Shown here: piece after piece, positions 1 to 9,476 of the stretch | Position numbering within the stretch: the stretch's first letter is position 1 | Layout: each line of letters starts with the position of its first letter | Source of the DNA: a virus | Direction: 5' to 3' (one strand) | IMG/VR virus record: IMGVR_UViG_3300025917_000002 | Coordinates: 9,769 to 73,768 of that record | Length of the DNA stretch: 64,000 bases | The notes under the pieces: model-generated | Database searches by the model: none | The model's input: only the letters and a program-made list of their open reading frames with translations | Told to the model about the DNA's origin: nothing | Position numbers and translations under genes: made by a program

Positions 1-625
1 CACAATACCAAATGGCTAAGGCGGCGTCAGACGGTGGTGGTATGAAAATCTTTTTACCATTGGGGTAGAAGCGCTTTCGCCATAACGTGGGACTTACCCA
101 AACCTCGGTTGCAAAACCGCCCGTCGAGTTGACGCGACTACCACGAATTGGTGGATTGCTGATTGGGGGCAATACATACTTAGGCCCGTTCAGATTCTCC
201 CGCTTCGCATCAAAGTAGGCTTCTTGTTTGTTACAGTGTGTAAACTTAAAACGCCCACGGCGATCAACACTAGCATCGCCTAAGAGAGTGCCATGTAGTA
301 AATCGGCACTACCCGGATTGGCGGATACTACGCTATCCCCTATGCGTAACTGGTCTGCTCGCTGCCAACCATCATCGGTCCAAATTTTGTGATCCGCAGT
401 ACAATAGATGGGCTGATCGGTTGCCTCTGTTTTTATGGAGAGCCACGGTGTTCGGCCCGTCTTACCCGACCTAGAAATACGCCGCCATCCAACCACTCTT
501 ACTGGTATGATCTGCCCTTGCTCATCCATCCCCTTTAGTATTGGCGAGCTTTTCTGTAGAACCACATCACCTATTTGGGTATTCCCCCCATCCCATAACA
601 TCAGTCGTACATCACTTGCGAGGCA
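1..625 (-). mobile_element. Intein with LAGLIDADG homing endonuclease in DNA polymerase (partial)
   Basis: Begins CLASDVRLMLWDG (block A). Block B IYCTADHKIWTDDGWQRADQLRIGD. LAGLIDADG motifs LHGTLLGDAS and LAIWYC(D). Confidence 0.9.
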
Positions 626-1783
626 CCCGTAGAACCGCAGGTTTGGCCCCGCGTAGTGCTTCCAAGGGAAGGGCTGGCCGAACCAGCTCGCGACGAACTG
701 CAAGTCCGCTGGAAGATCGGGCTGGAGCGTTCGCCACATGAACAACGTATCATCAATCAATCCCGCAACAGGTAGGCCAGCACGCCCAAGAATAGGATTA
801 TCGAACAGCCAAACATTATGCCCGACCTTAGAGTTAGGGAGTGCAAGGGTACGTCGAGCGACTTCGTCAAAAGGAGATATGAAAGGCAGAGCAATACCAC
901 TGCCAACTCCTGTTGAGAATTGAATGAGCGTAATCTTCTGCCCCAGTTCTTCATTGTCCCCCTCATCCTCGCTCTTACCGGCAGAGCGATCCGTTTCGAT
1001 GTCGTAGCTGATCGTCAAGGCCGGGTCGGCCTTACAGCGCTCGTAGAACGCTTCCGCGTCAGCGGGGCTGGGGTCCGTCTGGTAGCTCAACCTCGGGTCA
1101 TCCATCGGGTTCAGGATGAACGGAGCCTCGGTCAGCAGCGGCTTCTCTACCCTCTTGAGCTGCCCTTCTACCTGCTCCCAACTCGCCACCGTCCTGACCT
1201 GCGCAAGCAACTTCGCAATCTCCAACGCCCTCCGAATGTCCTCAACGAACACCCTAAACAAATGCCCTGCGCCTTGCTGAATGTAGCTGGGATGGTACGT
1301 GGGAACCACGACCAGCCCATCGTACTCGACCGCTTGCAGAACGTAACCCCTCATCTTTGTGCTGGACTGGTCGGTTCCGCTCAGCCCAGTCAGGGTCCGG
1401 TGCGGGATCATGCCCATCGCGAGGACCACTTTGATTTGGGGGTGCGCGGCGATTGCTTCGCGGAAGAAATGTTTACATTTTTCTATAGCCTCAAACTCGA
1501 ATGGCATCCCAAGGAGTTGATTCGCTTGGTTAGGTCTGCAACGAATTGTGTTGGTGATGAGCAAGCTCTGGCGATCTACCCCGAGCAGCTTCAGGGCACG
1601 GGCAAAGACGGACCCGGCAGCGGCCCTTGGTCGAAGTGGGAGTGCATCGTTTTCTTCATGCTGGCCGAGCGATTCTGCCATAACGCATAAGCCGCTCGTG
1701 CCATTTCCCTCTAGGTGGCTGAAGCCACCAGAGCCCGCCAAGGGGCAACCGCTCTCGGCACAATAGCTAGGTTTAGGAATCAA
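1..1783 (-). CDS. SPO1-like DNA polymerase (family-4 uracil-DNA glycosylase domain + PolA 3'-5' exonuclease), intein-interrupted, truncated by left window edge
   Basis: Not in ORF track. Hand translation from TTG at 1783 (overlaps stop of 1780..2013) is open to position 2. UDG4 motifs: C..C, MAESLGQHE, NTIRCRP, VPTYHPSY. Exonuclease motifs: ExoI SYDIET, ExoII GHNVWLFD, DTLFMW, ExoIII LRFYG|C. Confidence 0.88.
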   Translation of the reverse strand, partial: MIPKPSYCAESGCPLAGSGGFSHLEGNGTSGLCVMAESLGQHEENDALPLRPRAAAGSVFARALKLLGVDRQSLLITNTIRCRPNQANQLLGMPFEFEAIEKCKHFFREAIAAHPQIKVVLAMGMIPHRTLTGLSGTDQSSTKMRGYVLQAVEYDGLVVVPTYHPSYIQQGAGHLFRVFVEDIRRALEIAKLLAQVRTVASWEQVEGQLKRVEKPLLTEAPFILNPMDDPRLSYQTDPSPADAEAFYERCKADPALTISYDIETDRSAGKSEDEGDNEELGQKITLIQFSTGVGSGIALPFISPFDEVARRTLALPNSKVGHNVWLFDNPILGRAGLPVAGLIDDTLFMWRTLQPDLPADLQFVASWFGQPFPWKHYAGPNLRFYGCLASDVRLMLWDGGNTQIGDVVLQKSSPILKGMDEQGQIIPVRVVGWRRISRSGKTGRTPWLSIKTEATDQPIYCTADHKIWTDDGWQRADQLRIGDSVVSANPGSADLLHGTLLGDASVDRRGRFKFTHCNKQEAYFDAKRENLNGPKYVLPPISNPPIRGSRVNSTGGFATEVWVSPTLWRKRFYPNGKKIFIPPPSDAALAIWYC

Positions 1784-2013
1784 AGGTGGATTCCCCCACG
1801 CTGTCTGATATAATCCCGTAGAGCTTCCAACCCCGCGATCAGCGGCTCGATCTGGTCAAGCTCCAATTCAATACTGACGCACCGCTCGCCTGATGCCAGC
1901 CACATCTTGCCCTCGTTCTCTTCAACCCACTCGTTTGCGATGATGGTAAAGGACTCGCGGCGAGCCTCCAAGCCCAAGCGTAAACTGTCGGGGGTGTCAA
2001 TGATGTAGCCCAT
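1780..2013 (-). CDS. hypothetical phage protein
   Basis: SD-like GGGAG upstream; stop overlaps the polymerase start. Confidence 0.6.
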   Translation of the reverse strand: MGYIIDTPDSLRLGLEARRESFTIIANEWVEENEGKMWLASGERCVSIELELDQIEPLIAGLEALRDYIRQRGGIHL

Positions 2014-2100
2014 TTTGGTGCGCTCCCATCTGGCGTCGTTTCGCTAGCGGCTGTCGCCGCAAGCTCACTCCGTATATACGTCGATCAACCATCGCGTCCG

Positions 2101-2418
2101 CTACAAATCCGTCCGCAGCTTCAGCGGCATCCAACCGGGCTCGCCCTGGGGCTCGGCCCGCTCGCGCTCCGCGTCCAGCAAGCTCTGCTCGAAGCCGAGC
2201 GAGAGGCTGGTGGTGCCGTCGCCCCGCGTCGGCTCAGGCACAGCGCCCCAGTCCAACCTGCACTTAGGGCACCGGCTCTGGTGGCGCTCGGTAAGATAGT
2301 GCAAGAGGCATTGGTTGCAACGCCGCCACGTTCGGCCCACTTGGTCGATGAGTAAAGAGCTACGGTCCAGCGGTAGCTCAACCCCATCCTGTTCGTTTGC
2401 ATAGGTTACACAGGTCAT
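2101..2418 (-). CDS. CxxC zinc-ribbon protein
   Basis: CNQC...CPKC; start at MTCVTY follows a GGAGG SD. Confidence 0.55.
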   Translation of the reverse strand: MTCVTYANEQDGVELPLDRSSLLIDQVGRTWRRCNQCLLHYLTERHQSRCPKCRLDWGAVPEPTRGDGTTSLSLGFEQSLLDAERERAEPQGEPGWMPLKLRTDL

Positions 2419-2422
2419 TTGG

Positions 2423-2926
2423 TTAGTCCTCCACAATACGCTGACGCAACGCCCGCGCCCAATGCCGCGCCCATTCCGCGTGTAGGCGTCCGCTCATATC
2501 TCCGCCCATAGCTTCAACCGCTTTCTCGATTTCCTCTTTGCTTGGCGGGGCAAACATCGGAATGTCTGGCGGATACGGTTCCTCAAGGTCGTCTGCGGCT
2601 GCTAGATAGCCTTTCACGAACTCAGGATGCAGCCCTTCTGCGGGACGGGAGAGAGATTCCAGCGCATCGCAGAGGCGCGAAATGAATTGGGCGATATGCG
2701 CTAAGAACCCACCCATTGCCTTCTTCTCAAGCGTTTGCTGCCACTCCCGCCCTTCCGCTACCAGTCCTGCTATGTCTGTGGGGAGGGGGTCAGTCGTCCG
2801 CGCATCCCACCCCGAGTTGAAGTACATACGCGCCAGCGCCTTGAGGTTAACCCCGCTGATTGCCTGTTGGACTTCTGAAGGTTCCCAGGTTGCGTTAAAC
2901 GCCTCGTCGCGGTTCTTATCGCTCAT
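2423..2926 (-). CDS. Ead/Ea22-like hypothetical protein
   Basis: Start MSDKNRD preceded by AAGGAG; ATGA-coupled in the leftward operon. Confidence 0.45.
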   Translation of the reverse strand: MSDKNRDEAFNATWEPSEVQQAISGVNLKALARMYFNSGWDARTTDPLPTDIAGLVAEGREWQQTLEKKAMGGFLAHIAQFISRLCDALESLSRPAEGLHPEFVKGYLAAADDLEEPYPPDIPMFAPPSKEEIEKAVEAMGGDMSGRLHAEWARHWARALRQRIVED

Positions 2927-3141
2927 CCTTGCTCCTTGCCCTTTGGCTGCTCGGTGGGTGGCTCCATCCGGCCCAAAACAGCAACCGCGCTCCGTGCTAC
3001 CGAAGGCCATCGGTGATTACAATGTGGGCAATGAACGATGGCAGCGCGAGTCTTCCAAGCGCCTTGGATTGGACCCTCAACGCGGCAACCCCACTTCCCG
3101 CAACGAGGACAACTATTATAGCCTTTTCGGGGCATCTCCAT
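2923..3141 (-). CDS. small zinc-finger protein
   Basis: CPRC..C...CPHC; overlaps neighbours. Confidence 0.55.
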   Translation of the reverse strand: MEMPRKGYNSCPRCGKWGCRVEGPIQGAWKTRAAIVHCPHCNHRWPSVARSAVAVLGRMEPPTEQPKGKEQG

Positions 3142-3622
3142 CCTCCTTCCCCTCTCCTGACAACTGTGGTTCGCTCAGCGCGGCAAGGGCGGCGCGTGCT
3201 TTCATAGCAGCGCAGCGATGCCCGTCTGTAACCCCGATGCCATACTGACCGTTACCAGTTTCGGGATGGTAATAGCTAGTATGAGGGTCAGCGGCAATGG
3301 ATTCCAGCCCCGCCCTCGCCTTTTCCAATGCGGCGGTGAGAGTAGCTATACGCTCCGCAGATAACGCCTCCCGCTTCGATGCTGCGCCTAAATCTTCTTG
3401 ACGTAATCGTGTTTCGGCGGCGAGGGTGGCGACTTGCTGCTCTAAATCGTGCTTTTCTACCTGTAACCGCGTAGGATATTCCGCTTGCTCTTTAAGCTGC
3501 GCATTCTCCCGCTCCAGCTCGGCAATGCGTTGTTCACACGCAACGGTATAGTCATGTAGCTCCTTGGCTGTCGGCCAAGTATGACAATCGCAGACGGCCT
3601 GTTCATTCTTTGCGCTCATCAT
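3116..3622 (-). CDS. coiled-coil hypothetical protein
   Basis: Heptad-rich (RIAELERENAQLK); tiles with the operon. Confidence 0.6.
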   Translation of the reverse strand: MMSAKNEQAVCDCHTWPTAKELHDYTVACEQRIAELERENAQLKEQAEYPTRLQVEKHDLEQQVATLAAETRLRQEDLGAASKREALSAERIATLTAALEKARAGLESIAADPHTSYYHPETGNGQYGIGVTDGHRCAAMKARAALAALSEPQLSGEGKEDGDAPKRL

Positions 3623-3772
3623 CGCTTCCTCGCCTGTTGAGCTATCAGCGGCATTCCATCGTTAGGGCATAACGGGTATTCGTCCTTGCCTACTTCATTC
3701 GGGCCGATCTCTCGCTTGTATCCGCACGTTGGACACTTGGCTATTACTACTACTTTTACACTTCGTTGCACC

Positions 3773-4469
3773 TTACTTGTCATTGCTTCGCTCCTCCCCG
3801 ACCTCTCCAGTCAGGTATCTCATAGCTTTCGGTACGTCGTCAGCGTCGAGCGCGATGGTAGCTTGTTCCAGCAACGCCAGAGCTTCAAACAGGCTTCGTG
3901 ACGCAGTTCCCGATTGGCGTTCACCACTCTGCGCGGCGTTAAGTTCCTCAAGGGCCGATAGTACGCTTTTCATCATTTCCCTCCCCGGCCTTCATCCCCA
4001 CGGATAACCGCCAGAGCATCATCAATCGCTTGGTTATATCTACAGTCTTCACAATCGGGTAGGAGACGGCAGATGTGCGTTATTCGTTCTGCCTCAACCG
4101 CCGCCAAGCACCGCACCTGTTCAGCGGCACGACCAGCGTCCCAAGCATCCGCGATGTCTGGCGGTTGCGCCTGCTTACTCAGCCATGCCCAATAATCAGT
4201 ATCATCTACCTCTTTGCTCATTTGCTTAGCTCCGTTCTTTCTATCCACCGCTTCAGTGCTGAGCGGCTGATCCTGGCGGATAAGATCACCACATTACTTT
4301 GACGTATGTAAATATTTATGGCGTGCTCCTCCTCGTACCACCACGCCTCGGTGCTGCCGCTATGGGGCTTCGCCGGATGTGGCGCACGTCGCAGCTTGCT
4401 TTTAGCCATCGCTCGGCTCCCCGGCCTCGGTGATGCGATGCACAGCAATAATGTGAACGAATACGGCAT
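3773..4469 (-). CDS. three small tandem hypothetical ORFs (3773..3976, 3973..4221, 4218..4409)
   Basis: ATGA/overlap-coupled small ORFs in the leftward operon. Confidence 0.5.
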
Positions 4470-4547
4470 GTAAACTGCCGAATCTCCTGTTGCAGAAAGT
4501 GCATCGCCTGCAATCTCGGCTTTGCTTATAAGGCCAACGATTAAGGT

Positions 4548-5009
4548 TCATGTCGTGCTATCCCCCTCGGTGATGCGTTTGGCAATCTCGCAGCGCCAGA
4601 ACGTGCCGAACACCATCTTGTTTCGATGCGATTTTTCCCATTCGTCAATTAGCTTCAAGACGGCTGTAGTATCTATTCGTCGCTGCTCCTCCCGCCCCTC
4701 AGCGCGGCCCCGCTCGTAGCCTCGCCGTTCAGCCGCCGCCTCAGCGGTTCCCAAGTCTACTAATCCGTCAATTACGCCCTCAGCGCGGCCCTGTGCGCGA
4801 CCGGCTGCGTAGGCAGAAGCGGCGATTACGTGCTTCGCTCTCCGATTCCAGTTAATAATTGTGGTCGCTTTCCGAAAGTGCCAGTTCTGGGTTGCTTGGC
4901 AAGAGCCACAAAACGCCCGCCACTTATTTGTTACATCGGAGCGCATTAGCATCACCGATTCGTCTCCGCAGAACGGACACGGCAACAGCATCTTGTCGTC
5001 ACTCTTGCT
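4548..5009 (-). CDS. Lar-family restriction-alleviation-like zinc-ribbon protein with GxxxG repeats
   Basis: LLPCPFCG...CGSC...IINWNRR is the Lar-type pattern; start MSKSDD after GGAG. Confidence 0.6.
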   Translation of the reverse strand, partial: SKSDDKMLLPCPFCGDESVMLMRSDVTNKWRAFCGSCQATQNWHFRKATTIINWNRRAKHVIAASAYAAGRAQGRAEGVIDGLVDLGTAEAAAERRGYERGRAEGREEQRRIDTTAVLKLIDEWEKSHRNKMVFGTFWRCEIAKRITEGDSTT

Positions 5010-5696
5010 CATGTGGCTCCTTTGCTGTGAGGGCGCGGATACCTCGCGTTGCGAAAACCGGATCGAACCCTTTAACCTCACGCCAATTGTCCGCTAGCCA
5101 ATTCGCTGCATCCTCAATCCCCTGCTCCCATCCCCGCCGCTCTGCTTGCTCGCTGACTTCGCGTAGGGCCTTAGCTATGGTTTGCTGTTGTTGATGAATC
5201 ACAAATCTATCCCCATGTGAGTTCACGGAATCAGGGGCGATGGCAACAACTCAGCCGCCCGTTTATCCGCCCAATCCGGCTCTGCCTTATCGGCTGCGGG
5301 GTCGGCCTGCTGGTTATCGGTTGGCTTGGTCATCGCTCTATCGCCTTTCCACACGAGGGGCAGTACCGCGCATATCCGGTCAACAACTTAGTAGGGTCAA
5401 CCCGTAGGATTAGGTAGATAACACACCCAACCCCGCAGTCCGCACATCTAGCGATAGCTTGAGGTGGGATCAGCACCTCGATAAACTTCTGTTCATTAGC
5501 GGCGGCTTGGGTAGCACGGTCGGTCATTGATAATCTCCCCTGCGCCGCAGCTCAGCTACAAGTTCGTTCCATGCCTGCTTCTTGCGCTCTTGATCTTCCT
5601 CAGACTCGCCTTCGCGGTCGAAGATGCCAATGTCAGAATCAGCAGCTAAGGTTGCTGCCGCGAGTCCACACGCCCATCGTTTTGCTTCTCGTTTGG

Positions 5697-5988
5697 TCAT
5701 TTGGTTTGCTCCGTGAGTTGGGCCAGTCTGCGCCAAGTCATCGGTACAAACACGCCAACCTTTCCATACTCCTTGTCATCTGCGGAATCATCCCACGAAG
5801 CTAGTTGAATTATCTCCGCAACGATTGGCTCTGCTGCTTCTCTCAGTTCGAGATAAGAAGCGATTGCGAGGGCCTCCTGACGCGCATACTGACGCCTCCC
5901 ATGATTCCAAACAAGGTTGCGTTTGCCAGTCGCTCCAACCGAGCCACTGATGCTTATTCAGAATCTCTACCGCTTCGTTAATGTCCAT
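5697..5988 (-). pseudogene. frameshifted hypothetical gene (or assembly indel)
   Basis: Frame 1 reads MDINEAVEILNKHQWLGWSDW. The +1 frame continues RNLVWNHG..QEALAIASYLELRE..QTK* and ends in an ATGA overlap with the next gene at 5700. Confidence 0.5.
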
Positions 5989-6626
5989 CGCTATTCTCTC
6001 CTTGGCTCATTTCTTCTTGCTCCCCTACTTAGTTGGGGCCTCAATCAACAAGCTCATAGTCCCGTCCCTGGATTGCATAGCCCGCACTACGACGGCTGAT
6101 TCGCCCACATTCCAAACAGTGTCGCCGTTGCTTTAACCAATAACCGAACGCTTCTGGTTCTTCCCAAATAGACCAGACGTGCCAAATGTTAAACCTACAG
6201 AGCAGCCGCATTTGTTTGTCGCTCATTTCTTCTTCCCCGCCCCGATGTTTTTATCCAACCGTTCTTTTAACCAGCTTGGTACTTCTCATATGGAGAGTCA
6301 GCGGTTGATCGGGTCGTTCAGGTATCTCCGTTGTTCCGCAGCGGTCCGTACAAAGTCTGACGAGAACTCCCACTCACCATCATCATCGCGACCCGCTTGC
6401 AGCTCCATGATATAAAGCTCCTCTTGGCAGTTGGAGCAGATACCGCTACTGGTACGCAAGCCGCAATCTGGACAAAAATTATTCCCGTTACCCATCGGCT
6501 TATGTCCTCCTTTAGTGCAGCCCATGTTCTAATCCATTTGCCAATTCGTGAACGATTTGCCGTGCTTCATCCGTTGAGCATTTGCAGTTCTTGAGATGCG
6601 AGCCAATTCGATACCACTGCTCTCAG

Positions 6627-6842
6627 CTATACCTCCCCATCCGGCAGCTCTTGCCTCAGCAGCTCGATCCGCTGGCGCACCAGCTCGGCCCGTTCTGTTT
6701 TCTTCTTGCCCAACTCCGTCGTCAAGCTCTCAATGTGCTTGCGCTGGGCTTCGATCTTCCGATCAAGCCCCGCAATCTTGCTCCGAAGCTCCTGCTCTGC
6801 GTTCTTCGCTTTTGGTTCCGTTGTTGTAGCTGTTGCCGTCAT
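6627..6842 (-). CDS. coiled-coil protein
   Basis: MTATATTTEPK start after GGAGAAC SD; continuous heptads. Confidence 0.6.
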   Translation of the reverse strand: MTATATTTEPKAKNAEQELRSKIAGLDRKIEAQRKHIESLTTELGKKKTERAELVRQRIELLRQELPDGEV

Positions 6843-7139
6843 TTCGTGTTCTCCTTTTGGGTTTCCAGTTGTTTGATACGATCCTTGAAATGATTGTATG
6901 AAATAGCCCCAAGGTAGCCCCTTATCCATAAGCTAAACCTTCCGAAAGAACTGCTCCAACTTCGCCACCCTCGGCCCATACCAGATCGGGGCCACCACCG
7001 GGCCGCGCGGCAGCGGCAAGTCCCCTACCAGCACCGTCCTGTCCGGCTTGCAGTTGCAGCAGTTGTTGTCGCAAATCGAGCAGGTGTTGTCGTGGGCGAT
7101 CACCAATAACGTCGGGAACTCGTATGAGCGCATCGCGTG

Positions 7140-7378
7140 CCTCCGGTGGATAAGAGCCCGGTCCCCCCGGTCACAAACCAAACGAGCTACCAAGGGGACC
7201 GAGCCGCCGCGTGAACCGTTATCCCAGCCCCGGCTTGCGCCGAAGTGACCCAGCCAATAAGGGGGGTCCGCTCTGGGGTGTCGGGTCCACTCTCGTTGGC
7301 GGGTGGCGCTGGTAATTTTGCGTTTCGAGGCCCGGAGGAATCCAACCTCGGCCCCGCCAGTTCCACCACCCACCAAGA
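7140..7378 (-). ncRNA. candidate structured RNA / leader
   Basis: Long paired stems TTGGTGGGTGGTG/CGCCACCCGCCAA (enclosing GAGG-TTGGATT-CCTC) and GCTCGGTCCCCTTGGT/ACCGGGGGGACCGGGC, in the gap between SSB and the next ORF. Confidence 0.3.
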
Positions 7379-7379
7379 C

Positions 7380-7991
7380 CTAGATCGCAACGAACTTCTT
7401 AATCCGCCCCTGCGCCGTCATTTCCTCACCGCCAATCGTAACCGTCGGCTCATAAGCGCCGCCCCCGTTCTGCTTGAAGTTCCGCATTCCGTGCTTGACC
7501 ACCTTGTACTTCCCGTCATCCTGCTTCCTGGTGATCTCCCACTCCGTCTCGACTCCAAGCTCGCGGCCCTGCTCAACGGCACGCTCGAAAAGCTGTGCCA
7601 GCTCCGAGTGCTTCCGGCATTGCTTCACTTCGCCCCCGAGGCCCATCGCGTTCAGGATCGTAGGGATAACCGCACTCCCGTCGCGCCTGACCATCGTTGA
7701 AACAAAGATGTTGTTGTTGGGGTAAAGCTGCCGCCCCTCGAACTCACCGTCGGTCACAACGAACACGACTTGCGCCTTGGGCCAGAGGCCGGTTGGCTTG
7801 CCGCTGGCCGGGTCTACCTTCGCCTGCCAGTTAGGGGGAGCCCCGCCCTGAAAGGTGGGCTTGGCCCGGTAAATCCCGTCCGGTATCGGTGGCGGCAGCG
7901 CCGTCGCGTCCAGCTCGGGATCGAATTGAACCTCGTCTTCTTCGAGGTCCAGCGAATTTATATCTACTGCTCGAACCGAATCGTCTGCCAT
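7380..7991 (-). CDS. phage single-stranded DNA-binding protein (DUF669-like)
   Basis: PIPDGIYRA...VFVVTDGEFEGRQL pattern; downstream of the AAA ATPase. Confidence 0.65.
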   Translation of the reverse strand: MADDSVRAVDINSLDLEEDEVQFDPELDATALPPPIPDGIYRAKPTFQGGAPPNWQAKVDPASGKPTGLWPKAQVVFVVTDGEFEGRQLYPNNNIFVSTMVRRDGSAVIPTILNAMGLGGEVKQCRKHSELAQLFERAVEQGRELGVETEWEITRKQDDGKYKVVKHGMRNFKQNGGGAYEPTVTIGGEEMTAQGRIKKFVAI

Positions 7992-8262
7992 TTCTAGTGC
8001 TCTCCTTTTGCAAAAGTTGATTGATAGATACTATCGTTTCAAAACGGAAGGTCATCGTCTTTAACTACGTTCCCGATGACCTCGACCGGCTCCAATGGAA
8101 CCGCGAACTCCGTTTGGTTGTAGTAGAACTCCTTAACCTCAGCAACCCGCTCTCTAAGGGTAACTATCCTACCCCACGGGATGGCGTTGGGGTCTGAGGT
8201 CAACACGCTATGTACTTCATACAACAAGGACCAAAGCTCAGTATCCGTAGGTCGTTCTGTAA

Positions 8263-9201
8263 TCATTTCCTCTGCTCCTTCGCCGCGCCCCTGCGCAGCT
8301 TCTCCTCAATCTCCAACAACCAGTCCAGCCCCCCGGTCAGGCTCGGCTCGTAGTACCCGTTCTTGAACTTCTCATCCTTGAGCAGCTCCGGCAGCTTCGC
8401 CGCAGGAACCCGCACCTTCGCCGGGTAAACGATCCCCGTCTGGGGGTCCGGGTGGCGGGTGAAGTAGACGCGAATCTTATCCACCAGTATCTCCGCGTTC
8501 GTCTCAGGGTCCCGCACGGGCTTCTTGTCCGCCCCGAGCTTCTTGACCGTCACGCTATCATGGTGTAAGCAGTCCCCAAACCACGCGATGCACTTGCTGA
8601 TTGCCTTCTTGCCCGCGATGCTCGGCCCATAGATAGCCTGTCGCTGGTCGTCCTCGCCCTTGCTCTCCAAGGCCGTCCACATAACGTGCTGAACCGGGAG
8701 CTGCCCGAAGTTGTTCACGAACTCGTACATCACGTCCTGGATGAAACCGTAGTAGCTCATGTTGGAGCCGTAGAACGTTTCGCTCCCTTCCACGAACGAG
8801 TAATTAGGGTTCTCGCCGATCTTCGCGCCACGCAGCCGCAAAGCTTTCATAACTGCATCACCGATGCTGGTCAGCCCTTCGATAGCGTAAGCGCCGATCT
8901 CTGCTTTGGCCCAGTCGGTGGGCTTCATCGCGGCGGTGTCACCAGTCGCAACGGGCCACTCGCCCCGCGAGAACTTCCGCATCGTCGCCACTGGCTCTTT
9001 CAGGCTGCCCACTTGGTAGGCTTCGATGATCCCCTCGTCGATCACGTCCTGAATCGGGTCCCAGCCGCCGCCGTCCGCGCTGATGAGCCGAGTCTTCCAG
9101 CCCCCGGTGACGCGGTGGATATACCGCGCAAGTCTGCCAATTTCAGTGGTCTTACCAGTTCCGCTCGACCCATACGAGATACTTGTGGATGCTCTACTCA
9201 T
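8263..9201 (-). CDS. AAA/RecA-like ATPase (Sak4/AAA_24-type recombinase)
   Basis: Walker A YGSSGTGKTT; Walker B-like YAIEGLT; between exonuclease and SSB. Confidence 0.8.
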   Translation of the reverse strand: MSRASTSISYGSSGTGKTTEIGRLARYIHRVTGGWKTRLISADGGGWDPIQDVIDEGIIEAYQVGSLKEPVATMRKFSRGEWPVATGDTAAMKPTDWAKAEIGAYAIEGLTSIGDAVMKALRLRGAKIGENPNYSFVEGSETFYGSNMSYYGFIQDVMYEFVNNFGQLPVQHVMWTALESKGEDDQRQAIYGPSIAGKKAISKCIAWFGDCLHHDSVTVKKLGADKKPVRDPETNAEILVDKIRVYFTRHPDPQTGIVYPAKVRVPAAKLPELLKDEKFKNGYYEPSLTGGLDWLLEIEEKLRRGAAKEQRK

Positions 9202-9476
9202 TTGCTCTCCATTTCAATCCGTATCAGGACTCGGTTGAACTCCCCTTCGGCTTCTGCCCACCGTGCCCTCGCTTCGTCTCTATACTCTGTAGGGGGCCGT
9301 AGTTTCCAGTTCACCGCGCCCCACCGAAAGCGCCCCTCGGCCTGTGCTGCGCGAAGCTCGCGGGGTGAGAACCAGAGCTGTTGATACGGGGAGAAGAACC
9401 ACAGCCCTTCTCGCTCGGCTTTCTCGAATAGTGGTATTAGGGAGGCTACGGGTTCTCGGGTAGCATCAACCGTCAT
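9198..9476 (-). CDS. hypothetical phage protein
   Basis: Coupled to both neighbours; WFSPREL..RFRWGAVNW. Confidence 0.65.
   Translation of the reverse strand: MTVDATREPVASLIPLFEKAEREGLWFFSPYQQLWFSPRELRAAQAEGRFRWGAVNWKLRPPTEYRDEARARWAEAEGEFNRVLIRIEMESK

Noticed and set aside
920-1690. 256-aa plus-strand ORF, and the 757..966 membrane-like ORF
   Set aside because: They overlap the motif-rich UDG-PolA frame on the minus strand.
4694-4792. Repeated CCCTCAGCGCGGCCC
   Set aside because: It encodes GRAEG peptide repeats, which are common in phage proteins.
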